NCBI GenBank assembly: GCA_951406725.2
Contig: OX597834.1
Location: forward strand, 41,664,001 to 41,728,000
From: Octopus vulgaris
Taxonomy: Eukaryota
DNA length: 64,000 nt
Direction of reading: 5' to 3'
Shown here: piece after piece, positions 26,085 through 41,148 of the stretch
How the letters are laid out: each line of letters opens with the position of its first letter
Numbering within the stretch: position 1 is the first letter of the stretch
Program-made: the position numbers and the translations under genes
Notes under the pieces: model-generated
Database searches by the model: none
What the model was told of the DNA's origin: nothing
The model's input: only the letters and a program-made list of their open reading frames with translations

Positions 26085-26749
26085 ATACATAGAGAGAGAA
26101 AGAGAGAGAGTGAGTGAGTGAGAAAGAGAAGAATAGTAGAGATGGGGGAAGGGGTTGCGTAGTAACTATTTTTTAATTAGACTACAGTTGTTGCTAATAA
26201 ATAAACGGCAAATATAGATTTATAATAACACAAAAGACAGTCCTAACACCGTGCAAACCGCATAGCCCACAGTTGCTGAAGGGAACAATTATATATATAC
26301 ATACATACATATATACTTATATACGTATATACATACATTAATACCTTGACTTACTATACAGTTGCATACCATAGTGAATAAACTACGTATTGACTTATAC
26401 ATACATACATACACACGTATATATATATATATGTAGGTATAAGTGTATGCACGTATGTTTGGTTTGTACGTGCATGTGTATATGTAATAGGTAAATATAT
26501 ATGTGTGTGTATGTGTGCGTATGTGTGTGTGTGTGTGTGTGTGTGCTAAAGAAACACACACTCACACACACATACACGTATTTGTGTGCACCGAGCAAAA
26601 ACGGATGGACAACTCGAAACTATTTGGCTAAGGGTCTATTTTCATCACGACATACCTGAGTGTGATTAAGTACCTTCGACGCAGGTGAGTTAAGAGTCTG
26701 GGGCTAATATCATGCAATGCGGTGGGACATTGTGAAGTGTGTGAGTAGA

Positions 26750-26787
<38 letters not shown>

Positions 26788-27541
26788 GGGGGTGGGGTGG
26801 GGTGGAGAGAAAGATTGAATAGTGTAAAGGTGAGAAGACTAGGTAGATAAAGAGACAGAGAAAAGGAGAGCAGAATACTGAGCAAGAGATAATGAGAAAC
26901 AGAGAAGAGGAGGAGGAGGGAGAAAAAAGCTGGAGAGATAGAGAGAGAGAGAAAGATAGATGCGAGAAAGCGAGAGAGAGAGCAAGAATGGTGGTGGGAA
27001 GAGATAGAGAGAAAGTGAAAGGTAGAATTAGAATGCCGAGGAGAGAGGAAGAATGAGAAGGAGAGAGGGAAAGGGGAAGAGAGTGGGACAGAGCGGAGAG
27101 GGAGATTTCATAATTGCATTTTACTCAACAATCGATCCATTTTCCACCCCACCCACCCATCCACCGTCTAATTCTCTCTCAATTTCCAGCTCTCCTTCCA
27201 TTTATTCTCTTTCTCTATTTTTCTCTCTCTTTTCTCTCTCTCTCTCATTCTCTCTTTCCCTCTCTCTCTCTTTGTTTTTTCTCTCACTCTCACTCTTTCA
27301 TAGACAATATAATAGGTTGGAAGCGTTAAAGACAGCGCAGTTGGCAAAAACAAGCGGCGGTTGATGCTTTTTTCATCATCGATCTCCTTGCTAGGATTTC
27401 TTTCTAGATTTTAGAGTTGTTTAGTATTTTAGAGAAAAAAGGAGATTTTTTGGCATCGCTTATAGAAGAGGCAACATCGACAATAACAACAACACTTTAA
27501 ACACAATCCACAACAACAGTTATAACTAACAAACTGTAACC
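26750..27541 (+). promoter_or_regulatory. Putative promoter/5' UTR region of the IF gene with opposed GA- and CT-rich tracts
   Basis: Purine (GAGA) tract about 26750-27105 and pyrimidine tract about 27170-27300, followed by unique sequence up to the ATG. TATA-like AATATAATA near 27305. The TSS cannot be determined from sequence. Confidence 0.35.
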
Positions 27542-27996
27542 ATGAATAATAATTCATCAGTAAAGACCATGTACCGAAAATCGTCTTCGAATATTCCGGA
27601 AAGGAATTCAGTGATCTTTCGTAAATCTCGTATGTACAATACAATGAATGCTCAGTCCCCGTTGAGTTTAGGGACAGGAGTGGCGAGTTCGATTTCTCAC
27701 AAGGGTGTCACTGACATTAGATGCAATAGAGAAAAGGAGAAAAAGGAGTTGCAGGATTTGAACGAAAGGTTTGCCAACTACATCGAAAAGGTACGTTTTC
27801 TCGAGGCTGAGAACAAAACCCTTCGGGAAGCTTTGAAAAAGAGCAAACGGGATTTTAACATCGAACCCATTAAAGCGATGTACCAAGCTGAGATTGACGA
27901 AACCAAGAAACTTCTGGATGACTCCAACAATGAAAATGGCAACCTTAAGGCCCGTATTGGGACTTTGGAAGACGAGCTGGAAGACTTACGAGCTCA
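27542..27996 (+). CDS. Intermediate filament protein, coding exon 1 (head, coil 1A, start of coil 1B)
   Basis: ATG in accATGa context with an in-frame TAA at 27527. Contains the IF coil-1A signature EKKELQDLNERFANYIEKVRFLEAEN. Donor CA|GTGAGT at 27997, phase 2. Confidence 0.95.
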
Positions 27997-30900
27997 GTGA
28001 GTACGAATACTTAAATATATTCTAACAAATTCTTCTTATCTTTAATCCAAGGATAAAAAATTTTATAATTTTCTGGGGGTTTTTTTTTCCGATGAAGAGT
28101 CATACTTGAAATGTCAAGTTCCTCTTCTCACCACGGTATACGAGTTCATGACCTTGGTTGTTTAATCCATTCAATTTCTCATTCCTCTGTTATCTCCAGG
28201 GGTTTATTACAGTAGCTATGTTGTTATTACAAGTTGTATTTTGCGACTTTATATCAATGCGTTGCTGATCGAGTCGATCGAGTCGAGGATATTTTTGTTG
28301 GGGGAAAGAAGGAAATGAAGATATACTAGGGTGATTTTTATATTTATTCTTGTCTGAATCTGACCAAAAATAGGTCTAAGCAATCACTTGAGCCGTTATT
28401 GCCCTTAAAACTTACAAGTATGATCTACACCGAAATTCAAATCACCATATTTGGAATAAGGTAGCACAATACAAATAAGCTAAACCGTTCACTTCTACCA
28501 TCCCACAACACAAAAAGGTCGCCCAGCTGACTTGGGAAATCCTTACACCACTCCCTGTTCCCTTCAGCCTTTGCTCGGTTCTATCGTCCTGTTCTTCTCT
28601 CGTTACAGGGAACACGTGATTGCCCCTTTGATCTCGCAAACTTTGTAAACTCTCATGCGATCGTTTCTTGTTCTCGTCATCTTTACTAGGTCAAACTTAC
28701 TAAAGAAAATCTTTTCTATGCATTTAATCTAAACTTTCCTCCCCAGGCACCCCCCCCCCCCACCACCACCACTGAAATCAATCCTTCTTAGTTGTCCTTT
28801 TACACAGCATTTTACATAAGTTTCCGTTGAACATCAGATGCATCGGACGGCTTCTAGAGGGCTACGGGCCTGCTTCTACTACCTTCAGATGAACTGTCAA
28901 AAGAAAAATAAGGATGATTTGAATATCATCTAATGTGTCATTGCATTTCTTTTAAGAGGTACGATGTAACTTGAGGGAGGTGTGACTGTTATTTCTAGCA
29001 AGTATGACATTAGCATACAGCAATGAAGACCTCTCTATGACACGCGTGTCAATAGTGACACGACATGAGGTTTTAGATATCACGCGATGGATTCTGTAAA
29101 GTTGTCAAAAGTAAACATATTTTGCTTGTATTTTAGTTTTGTAAATACGTTCTGAAATTTAAAATAGTATTTCATTAAATATTTATTTCCTTTAGGTCAG
29201 TCCTGATCAATCAGGCCTTTCTACGATCAATACTATTTACTGGGATATTGTACATCTTAAGGCCACATTAAACAATGCGCTGTTGCTTTTGGTTCAAGCA
29301 GTAGAAAGCGAATTGAAAGGGTTATTGCTGCTATTTCCAGTAAACCGAGCAACTACACAGATGTTCTCTTGTTGTTGCTATTGTTGTTTAGCCTCAAATG
29401 AATTTTGATTGGACTGACCTAGAATCGAAGACACTGCAGCCTCTACGATACAGTCTTTCGATTTTCAGTCATTGAACAGCAGTAAGCCCTTTCAATGTGC
29501 CCTTTTTTTTCCAGACGATATAGTTAATTTCAGTTTTGCGAATTTTCCCAGAGGAATACCACGCAGTGGTTCCCTTGCCAGTTCATAATCGAGGAATATA
29601 TTTACGGTTTATGCACAACTAGATACAATACTGTTGTGTAAAACAGTTAATTAAACAAGTGGTCTAAAGGTTGATGAGAGATCGAAGCTCGATTTACTAC
29701 AGAAAAAAGTTTAATTTTAATATCAGTTAGACACACAGATAAGAAATCTTGAAGGGTGGGTTCGAACGTGAGAAGCAACCATTGACAGACTTTACGACTG
29801 CGAGACACATCAGTATCAAGACACGAATTAACTCTCTATTTTTATTTATTTCTTATTATATATCTTTACATATATGTTGGGTATATATAAGCACGCACAG
29901 TTACTGCCTAGGTGAGTTTAGTCGGCACATATTCAAATATTTTAAATAGTCCACTACATATGCACATTTATGTTGCAGACAAAATTCGTGAGAGAATGTG
30001 TATAGATATCTAAGCTATTCCTAATCTAAAACATCAGCGCACATAGCTGTTTTGTTGTTCTTTCTATTTATAATATGAAATACCAAAGCGTGAATACTCT
30101 TTTGACACTCTAGAAAGAGTGACATAAAAAGCGACACCAGCTGCAACCGTTCTTTCTAAGCCTTCCTCTGATGAAGCATTAGTATTATTCGCTGCAAAAT
30201 TTGATTGCGTGAAGAAACTGAACGCTCTCTCCGAAGTTCGAACGTAATTATACTTATGCGCTGGTTATTCGAGGCGAATTGTAATTTCGAAAGTTTAAGC
30301 AATTTTAACATTGAGATATTTACGCGCGCGTGCTCACGTTGATGACTAAAATGTTTATGTTTCCGGTCTGAATTAAAGCGGTAGGATATGATTTTAGGTA
30401 ATTTGGTCGTTATTTTTAGTAGGTCCAGCCGCTGCATGATGTCTATCTCATTGTCTTGTTGCGTTTTCTATTGGTGTCAGTTAGTAATTGGTGATCTGAC
30501 ACATGTGATGTCAAGGCAGTTTCATGTAGGTTCTTGTTTATCTCTGACCAAACTAATGAGACAACTGCAATCCAGCTGTGACCAACCTGTTTGTTCAAAC
30601 ATAATTTATTACAAACTACATTGTCCAATATGTCTATTAATTTTAAAAAATGGACGGGATCAGCGAAAAGTGTGTCTGCTATTTCCAGCAATGGTGAAAC
30701 TGCATAAAGATTCCCATAAGATATATAACTAATGATGATGATAATTGCAATATTTTCGACGAAAATGATTAGATTTATTTGTCTTTATTTCTCTCTCATT
30801 TGATCTTGTAATCTGAAGCTGAGTTCGAGCACAAATGATACAATCAACATATATATATTTATATATATATATTGTTATATTACGGGAAGGTCATTTTCCT

Positions 30901-31105
30901 TTTATCCTTCTTTTTTTGCCAAATAAACACACACATTATGTACAAAGCATGTGTTTATTTGGTAAAACAAAATTATCGACCCCAGGACTTATTCTTTGTA
31001 AGCCTAGTACTTATTTTATCGATCATTTTTTACCGAACCGCTAAGTTACGAGGACGTAAACACACCAGCATCGGTTATCAAGCGATGTTAGGGGGACAAA
31101 CACAG

Positions 31106-31150
<45 letters not shown>

Positions 31151-31759
31151 CATATATACGATGGGCTTCTTCCAGTTTCCTTCTACCAGATCCACTCACA
31201 AGGCTTTGGTCGGCCCGAGGCTATAGTAGAAGACTCTTGCCCAAGGTGCCACGCAGATCCTCCACCCTGATCAAATATCGAACGAAACTAACTAATTTTA
31301 TTCATTGTTTAACAACCAGTTCTTCCAAGGAACTTCAGGTTTCACGAACCGCTGTAATAATCCGTTTGTGTCGTCTTTCCTGCATATTCTCAATAATCAT
31401 CTTTGCCATTACATTTTCAATGCATCAGTCTATCTTATTAATTGCCCGACTTCCATATTAATACATCATTGCTGGATATATCATAGAATTTAATAATCTG
31501 TCTCTTTTATCTTTCATTAATTGCTGTAGTCTCATCAAGGCAGCTTTTCCAACGGTTATTCTGATATTAATTGGCTCTTGAGCGTTTCCTAATTTTTCTT
31601 TCAACATTGCAGCTGCCGTCTAATCTCCAATCTTAAATTAATTTCAATCTGAAGATGACATAACCTCGGACTATATTTAGTTTCTAAACCAGCATTTATA
31701 CTCCATTCTCTGGCTTTCTCCACCATCTCTCTCACACCGTCCTCTCATTCTCTTTCCTC

Positions 31760-31805
<46 letters not shown>

Positions 31806-33059
31806 CTCCCTCTCTCAATTTGTTTATGTCCTCATACTTTGGCAATTCAGCAAAAACCAAGAAATTAAAATAAGTACCGTAGTTTAAAAGAAAGATAAGT
31901 ATTGCGGCATTTTTTGATCGACTAAAATATTTGAGGTGGTGCTACAGCGTGGCCGCAATTTAATAACTGAAATATGTAAAAGAGTGTGTGTGTGTATGTA
32001 TGTATGTATGTATGTATGTATGTATGTATGTATGTATGTATGTATGGTAGATTTTTTTTTTGATAGACAACAAAAATTATGGAAAAAACAGTTTGAGATC
32101 GATAATTAAAATCGTTTCATGAATAACTTGCCTGGTCGGCAAGCGATACCTAAGAGTGTCAATCATTCTCTTTGATGCTCAAATTACTATTTACATACCT
32201 GTGATGTTTAATTGTCATCGTAACTAGTGTTTACAAATATATATATATATCTGGTTACTGATTATATGAATTTCGTTGTGGCTTTACAAAGGTTGAGTGA
32301 CCGCGTGGAAGCACCTTCACTGACACGCTGCATCACGTTATTGTTTTTGTTGGCCTGTAACCACAGAGCAATTCTGAAAGAGTAGTCCTTTGATTTAAGA
32401 CCTTCCAAGCATGGCTATCTCTTTTTTTTATTTCTTTTCCTTGCATTGCCTATCTTGGACTATATTACTCAAACACTGTAGAATGGCTTTAGAGCAAGAT
32501 TCGTTTACTTCTTGCAGCACATTATGATGTTGCAGTATAGTCCCTGGTCAGCCCTGATTCAAAATTTATTTTTTTATTTATGCGCCCTTTTTCAAGCCTA
32601 GCCAGGCTCAAGGGCCCGGTTTCCCGGTTTCTATGGCGCATGTGACCACCCCACCCACCACCAGCTGGACGGGACGCCAGTCCATTGCAGCGTTACTCAA
32701 GAAACAGGAAGAAAAAGTGCAAGAAAGTTGGGGCGAAAGAGTACAACAGGGGTCACCCCTGTGGGAGCCTCGTGGTGCTTTAGGTGTTTTCGCTCAATAA
32801 ACACACACAACGCCTGGTCTGGGAATCAAAACCACGATCCTCCGACCGCGAGTCCGCTGCCCTAACCACCGGGCCATTGCGACTCCACCCTGATTCAAAA
32901 TAGTTGGTATTAAATGCTTTCCAGTCATGACCATCCTCTATCATTTATTTGTTCAGCATGCCTAAATCTACATAATCCAATATTTCCTACATTTTTAGAA
33001 AGGCAGAGCAGCCTTCTATCTATTTTTGCCCGCTCTCTGCTCTCCTCCTTAGGGTCCTA

Positions 33060-33770
33060 TCAGAAGCAACTGCCATGACATATTCCAACTGTGTTCCCAA
33101 ACATGACCAACTGAGACAATGGATATTATCCAACCCTCTTTGTTTTTGGTCCATCACTGGATCTCCTGCCGAATAACTCGATTTGAAGAATCTGTTTGTG
33201 ATCCTTTTTATGCGATATTCTAACCACATGTCCGTAGTACCGGATCTGTAACCTCAGTGAGGAGAAGTAAAGCCTCCACTTAGAGAGACTCCCTGATTTG
33301 CATGCTACACACTCTGTCGAGTAACGTTACTTCAGAGATCCTTCGGAGGAACCTCATTGCCGCCATTTGTATTCTCGATCGTACTCTTTCGGTCATTACG
33401 AATCTTTTCTCTTCTGAAGGTCATCTGCTGGAGTTGGCGCATTATTGTGACAGCACCTGAAATTGTAGCATCCACTTCAGCTTCCTGCCTCCCATCATTC
33501 TTAAATACGATTCCGAGATACTTCACTTGCTGCAGTGATGTTCACTAACATACAGTGTCTATGAGCTGTCTTTCTTGAGAGAACCAATATTTCATCGTTC
33601 GCAACACTCATCACTGCAACGGTCCTCGACTGATGCACCACAAGACATACTTAGGTTCATCGCAGATTTTTTATTGCATAATTTAAAGCTTTTTTTTATT
33701 TTCATTTATTTACTTGCTGAGACTGGGGAAAAGGACAGTGTCCAGGGCGTTCGTAGGCGTTTTAGACCGG
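33060..33770 (-). mobile_element. RTE-like LINE relic
   Basis: Minus strand encodes KYLGIVFKNDGRQEAEVDATISGAVTIMRQL (RT thumb region); heavily disrupted. Confidence 0.6.
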
Positions 33771-35386
33771 CAAGATTAATGTCATAAATATTCCTCTTGA
33801 ACCTTTGAAAGTCAGCACCACCAGGAAAGATATCTGCAAGGAGGGATTCCAGAGTCCCCGACATTTTGAGAAGAAAGGACTACGCGAAGTGACTAGTGTG
33901 GGTTTAGGAATTGCGTTAGAGACATCAATAGTAATGAGAAGCGAATGCTTGAGTGTAGGTGAGGTTAACTCAGCCAGACTCCATTAGAGAATCTTCTAGA
34001 GAGGAAACAGTGCGCCCGTGAACCATAGACTGAAGCCTGTGTGTGAATGGCTTTATGCCAAATAGGTGGGTGACCATTTTCTGGATGAGGTCGTGGATGA
34101 AAAATATATGCAGCAGTATCACCGTCAGGGTGGGAAAGTAATACTCCATACAAATACTTGAAAAAAACCTTAATTCATAGTTTTGTTATACGCAAGCATG
34201 ATTTTATGAAACAAAGCAAGCAATAGTTTCGTATCTTTTTTTAAATTCAAAATGCAGTTTCTCTTTCTTTTTTTTGTTCCTTCTGATACGAAGTACGCCA
34301 GTAAGGTTGGCGTTTTTTGTGGATTTCCGTCACAACCATAAGAGAAAGGAAAATGAGATCTATTGTTGAAAGATTTAATCGGGTTTAAGAAAATTATAGC
34401 ATCTATTTCTAGTTGATCGAGTGTCCACGTCGAAGACCCTCATCGGTCTGTTGGCAGATCGTGATATTCATATCGCTGGTGGTTGTTAAGATCTGCCTGG
34501 TATTGCCATGGTGCTGGTAAAAGTTATATGAGTAATAAACTATCGTCATTTGAAAGGTCAAAGATAGGAGACTACCATCATGTTATAGTATGTAAACACA
34601 CACTTATATATGAGGGCACTGTACAAAAACACACTCACATACACATACACACACACACACACATTCGTATGTGTGTGTGGATGGTTAGGTGTGGTTTCGC
34701 ATGGTTTCTTTTATTGGAGGTGATTTCTGCCTCGTAGTTAAATGCCTCGGCATTGCATGATTGATTAAATGAACGTACATTAGTATTTCTCCATATGCAG
34801 TTAGTTTAATCGGCTTGCGTGTTAGTAGATTTTTGGGTGGCGGTCCTTCATATTGCCGCTAAGCATTTGACCCGACTTGCTAGCGATTCTGTCATTTTGC
34901 TGCCTTAATGTATTGACGTAAAAAGGCCTGAAGTTGATAGTTTTTCAGTGTCTCTTCTAATTATTGGTTAGCTGGCGGTTAGGTGTGTATGTGATCTTAT
35001 TTTTCCAGCTGCTGACTTCAATGGTGTATAATAATCGAGTGTCTAATTGTTGACTATTTGATGACATGTTACACATTCTGTTATTATGAATGAGAATTTT
35101 GAAACCTATGACTGGACATCAAGAATATATATTATTATATTTTAGTTTTTCATTAGGTTTGCAATATGATTGTATTTGTTAGCGATTAGATTGGGGCCAA
35201 AATGTCTAAGAAATTTACGGAACTTACGTTTGTAGTTTTTTGTCGAAATAAATAAAGCTGTTTACGCGGTCGATTTTTAACACATTTAATGTCTATTGTT
35301 GTGCTAAGATATGGCTAACCCATCAGCTCTGCATAAGCCTCTATCTATTGTAGTGGATTTCTGCTTCAGTATATTTAGACTATATA

Positions 35387-35755
35387 TCTATATATATAAA
35401 CGGCAAAATGTCTCTCTGTGTGTGTCCTTTATACAAATCCACAATTTTTTAGTTAGAGGGCTCGCCGCACTTTCTATGGTCATTTAAAACCGTCCAAGAG
35501 TGGTCGTGCACATCTTTACATTTCCCCAGTCACCCCGCAAAGCCATTAAAAAATCAATAGAAGTGATTTTTTTGTGAATTTTCTATCCAAAACCCAATTA
35601 AAATGCCCGCAACTTGATACGCCAATTGAATGCCAGCTAGCTATAGGTGATTGGTCGGAGATTTGGACAGTACTCGTGTGTATGTGCGCACTCGCGCAGC
35701 TGTATATATGCATGCACTAGCACTATGATCCGGCGTTGCCAGGTCATAGTGCTAG
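35387..35755 (+). mobile_element. Non-autonomous Helitron
   Basis: A|TCTATATATATAAA 5' end; 3' GC-rich hairpin and CTAG|T. Confidence 0.75.
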
Positions 35756-36039
35756 TAATCTAATAAGATTCCATATTTCTGCGTAGTCAAACAATTCTAT
35801 ACGGACTTTTAATCGACGAAAGTGCTAGAGCAGGATGTTGAGCACGCTTTTACTATTACTGTCGACGATTGCGAGTTGAAAGTAGTTGAATCACACTGAT
35901 TCCACATCACAGACAATCTCTCTCTCCGGAGATCAAGAGATTTTTTAAAGAACAGCCTTAAGACTATTCAGAATGACTATTTAAGGGTCCAAAAGAACTG
36001 CAACTTAACGGTGAACGCTAAGCTCGCGTATCAGTCGAC

Positions 36040-36620
36040 CGCTTTGTAGCATTGAAACTTTGTGACAGTGAGCTGTGAAGCTCTACCCTAGACAAGAGCG
36101 GCATCTTAAAGTCTTCCACCTATGCGATCTGAGACGGATGCTGGACATCAGATGGACAAATCGAGCCAGCAACAGCGATATGCTGGCCTGCGCACTGACA
36201 TCAAGCCAGTTCATTCAATTCCAACAACGGTGTCTCCGCTGGTTGGACAACATACACTGCATGGTAAACTGGAGGACATCGAGAGACCCGTTGCATGGAT
36301 AGCCATCCTCCTGCAAGGGAACGCGACGACGACACCAGCTTCGTTTCGAAAGAGCAAGAAATACATGAAACCCTTTGCAAACTAAACGTTGAAAGGTAGG
36401 CAGGCGGGCATTGCTAAAGATCGCTCCCCGATCTTCTGCAGGCTTGAAATTGGCAGGGGTTTTAAAATACGAGAGGAAAGGATGAGATTGCTGGAGGAAA
36501 TCATATTCGATGTAAAATTAGCACCAGAAGAATGGTTGGAAAATGCATTCAATTGCAGTCACTGCAGCCGGGACTGTTGTTCCCATGTGGTTCTAGTGTT
36601 ACAACAGACGCTGCTCTGCG
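36040..36620 (+). mobile_element. RTE-clade LINE 3' relic
   Basis: Encodes RHLKVFHLCDLRRMLDIRW..QRCLRWLDNIHCM, with a terminal C2H2-like FNCSHCSRDCCSH. Confidence 0.75.
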
Positions 36621-38615
36621 AACGGGACCAAAGAAAGGCTTTTCAAGTGCAGATCTATAGCCACGCGAAACCAATATGTATACATACATACATATATACA
36701 TACGTACATAGTTACATACGTACATGTGACCCAATACTGACATGGCCGCTACATTAAAGCGCGAGCGGTTTATGTTCGTCTATGTGTGTGCCATATTTTG
36801 TTGAGTGATGTAAAATTAATCTTTCTCTTGCCGTCGTTGCAGTGGAACAATAGCAAATAATTGTCTTGTTGTTTCTCTCTCTCTCTCTCTCTCTCTGTAA
36901 ACAGATAATAGATCAAACTGAGCCATTTCAAATTTCATTTGATTCTGATCGCATATAAAATACCATCAGGTCTGGCTACAGTAAGTGGCGATTAATTCAT
37001 AATAATTAATTATGCATTACGTAGCGTCCAGTCTCAACTATATCTGTAGTGTGGTGCAAAATAGCTTTTTTTCTCGTAAGCAACCTTGAGCCGTCGTCGT
37101 ATTATAAAAACCTGTAACCAAATGTTTGGCGAATATTATTGAATGTTGCTTTGGCAACATCATGCAACGTTAGGTGGCGCAGATGGTACTTTAATGACAA
37201 TTTTGTGCATCATCAACATTTTCGGTTGCATCTCAGAGCTTTGAAGGTTTCACTGTACCTTTTTGTTCGCATGATATTTTGCTATATCGCCTGCATTTCA
37301 ATTACAAAAGTGTAACCTGCGAAATGTGACGGGATGTAACGATCACGAATCCAAGAGAGTTTATGCTTCATGTAAACGTTAACATCTTTAAGCTTACGAG
37401 CAACACACCCATGCATAACCTAAAAAAAAAAAGCAAATTCGCCCTTTTAAATCCTAGCCAGGTTCATGGGGCCCGGTTTCCCGGTTTCTATGGCGTATGT
37501 GTTCCCCAGCTGGACGGGACGCCAGTCCATTGCAGCGTTACTCATTTTTGTCAGCTGAGTGGACTGGAGCAACGTGAAATGAAGTGTTTAGCTCTAGAAC
37601 ACAACGCGTCGCCCGCTCCAGGAATCGAAATCACAATCTTACGATCCTGATGCTGATACCCTAACCACTAAGCCACACGCCTCCACCATGCATAACCTAT
37701 TTCTTATTTATTCCGTATGTTATGCTTCTCTTCCAGATCCATGCATGTATAAATACGTATGCGTGTTTGCATGTATGTATGTATGTATGTATGCATGTAT
37801 GTATGTTCTCTGCTATTTTTAATTATTCAAATTCTTCCTCTGAGGAAGGAGCTCGTTTCTAACAAAGATACAAATCTCCATCGTCGGAACGTACATAATG
37901 AAAACAATAGTATAGTTTAAGCTTGAGAAAAGTTTTGCATATTTTTATTGTTCTACTTACAGATTGTGTTTGTAATGTGTGAATTAGTTTATTGATTCCT
38001 TTTTCTGAAACTCCCTGTATGTATGTATGTATGTATGTATGTATGTATGTATGTATGTATGTATGTATGCATGTATGTATGTATGTATGTATGTATGTAT
38101 ATATGTGCGTGTGTTTGTGTACGTATATACGTGTGACTGCAAATCGATTGATTGCCAATGTCGGCCGAGTGATTGCGAAGTATTTGTTGACTGTCTAGAT
38201 TATGCGAAATGCCTGCAGGATATGGCCTGACTATTCAGTGAAAGAAAGAGGAAAAGAGAGACAGAAAGTGAGAGAGAGAGACAGTCAGACAGACAGACAG
38301 ACAGAAAAAGAAAGAGAGAGGAGAAAGACTAGAAAACAGACCAGAAGCAGAGAGCGAGAGAAAGAGAAGAAATTATCATTATCATTATTACTAATATAGT
38401 CGTTTAGCCCCGAATTAACGCTGTTCGATGAAGCCTATAACCAAAAGGCGTTACTACCGTGACTAACCCATGTTATCTATCACTAAATTACTCAATACCT
38501 TTCGGCTTACTTTTTTTGTATACGCTATAGAGTTCCAATTGAGGATGAGTTGGCTAATATTTTTAGCAAGCCAAGTAACTCAGCTAAACTGATGCTCTTT
38601 CAATGGCTCGAAGAA

Positions 38616-38658
38616 CAGCAGCAGCAGCAGCAGCAGTAGTAGCAGCACTAGTAGCATC

Positions 38659-38708
<50 letters not shown>

Positions 38709-38718
38709 GGTGGTGGTG

Positions 38719-38777
<59 letters not shown>
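38616..38777. repeat. Compound trinucleotide repeat (CAG)n(TAG)n(GTG)n(TAG)n
   Basis: Direct inspection. Confidence 0.95.
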
Positions 38778-38778
<1 letters not shown>

Positions 38779-39096
38779 AACGTGTCGTTTTCCATGGAAT
38801 ATGTAGCAACACCTGTTTATTAGGAGAGGAAAGGAAGGTTCGGGACGGGATGGAATACGGTGAATGTAGATTAGAAAGCCATGGGTGTTTGTAAGAGGGG
38901 GAGGTGGTCGTTGGTTGGATATGTGCCTGTGCTGTGATAGTGTGTCTGTGTGTATGTGTATTCGTGTGAGTATGTGTGTGAATGTCTATGAACTTGAGTA
39001 TGTGTGTGTGTGTATGTGTGTGTGTGTGTGTGTGTGTGTAATTGAGTGTTTATTATGAATACCATTTATTTTAAATACCATTGAATGAATGAGAGT

Positions 39097-39136
<40 letters not shown>

Positions 39137-41148
39137 CAGAGATAGAGCGTTTGGCTGTAAGAGAGAGGAAAGTGAAGAGTAGTAGTAGAGAGAGAGAGAG
39201 AACTAAAGGAATTAGAGGAGGAAGAAGAGAGAGAGGATGAGAGTGAGAGAGACACTCGGAGAGACATTCAAACAAAACAGACAGCAGACAGTCAGGCGGA
39301 CAGACATACAGAGGCAGGGAATAAAACCTTTCAAAGTGAAATGAAATGGTAAAATTTACTCAGAGAGAGAGAAGTAGAAGGCAGAATGAGGGGGAAATGC
39401 GAGAGGAAAGTGAAAGGGGTTTAAATAGAATAAAATACAGAACAATGAAGAGTAACTGAAGAGAATGAGAGAGGGAGAGAGGGAGAGAGAATGAGAGAGG
39501 GTGAGATGGGATTTGTAAAAGTGCGGGAGAGAAAGGAATGGAAGAGCAGAAGGAAAGACACCACGAATGATTCGAAAAGGGAAAGAACAATTAGTCAGAG
39601 AAAATGGAAGGTAACAGAGAGAGAGAGAGAGAAAGAGAGACAGAGACAGAGACAGAGAGAAAGAGAGAAAGAGAGAAAGAGATAAGGAGAGAAGGAGAGA
39701 TGGAGAGAAAGGGTTGAGAGAGATCAAAAAGACAAAATGTGGTGAGAATAAGCGGTCATCTAAGTGAGAAAAAGGAGAACGGGAGAATAATAATGGTAGA
39801 TAGATATCAATTAGTAAATTCCTGAGAACAGACGACACACATACACATACTTACATACATACATACATACATACACATACACATGCATACATACATACAC
39901 ATTCATGGTTATTCAGATACACAAGCACATATATATATATAGTAACATTTGTGGCTTGCATACACGTATGTACATGCATACGTATTGAAATAAATTCTTT
40001 AAAAGCGGCAAGAACATACACACACGTATAGGTAAACACGTACGCACACATGCGCACATACAGCTGCACACAGAGACACATATTCACACACATACACACA
40101 CACATATATATATATAAAATACATATACATAGATATACAGACCTATACATATATATACACATATACACCATACATACGTATACATACGTATATGCGAATA
40201 TATATATGTGTGTATATTTATATATATATTTCATTATTGTCCACAAGGGCAAAACATAGAGGGGACAAACAAGGACAGACAAACGGATTAAGTCGATTAC
40301 ATCGACCCCAGTGTGTAACTGGTACTTAATTTATCGACTCCGAAAAGATGAAAGGCAAAGTTGACCTCGGCGGAATTTGAACTCAGAACGTAACGGCAGA
40401 CGAAATACCTCTAAGCATTTCGCCCGGCGCGCTAACGTTTCTGCCTTATATATATGTATGTATATACATAAACACATACATACATACATACATACATACA
40501 TACACACAGCCATTCATTCATTCATTCATTCATTCATACAGCCATGCATACATGCGTTGAGCTGCCGGCTCACATACAATAATTAACTCAGCTATTTGAT
40601 CCGCGTCTCACATTACTGATCTCTCGACAGCTTGAACACACGGTTGCTCTAGGTGCAAGCTACGTTAATCATATCAATTTGAAATGCGAAATACCATAAC
40701 AGAGAACAACAGATAAAAATAAAATACACAGTACACACAATGCAAGGAGTATTAGTAATCAAGAAGTTGACAGGATGCGTAACCGTCATGATAGATAGTA
40801 ATTTCAGCGTTTCTATGCAACCCTACCATTATCTCGGTTTTTTTTCCCTTCTAGTTAAGTTAAACACTAGAATCCGAAGAAAGTGATGGCCTGCGTCGAA
40901 AACAATTAGTCTATACTTTCCTACCTCCTCTCGGTCCCCATACTGTCTTTTCTCAGAGTAATGTACATCTGTCATTAAAGGTAAATACCAATATATACAT
41001 ATGTGTGTGTATATACATACATACATACATACATACGTACATACATACATACATATATATATATAATATATATATAATACCAGGTGGTGCTATTAACTTA
41101 GACATGGCCTGGGCCAATAATGGCCGAAACCTATCAAAGTATAAAAGT

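Noticed and set aside
27542-27996. Assignment as nuclear lamin
   Set aside because: Exon sizes follow the cytoplasmic type III-like pattern (96-nt exon 3) and the head lacks the SPTR site. The tail is not visible, so no gene symbol is given.
30167-30200. CTGATGAAGCA...TGCAAAA hammerhead-like motif
   Set aside because: It lacks G12 (AAAA instead of GAAA), stem I and the cleavage triplet.
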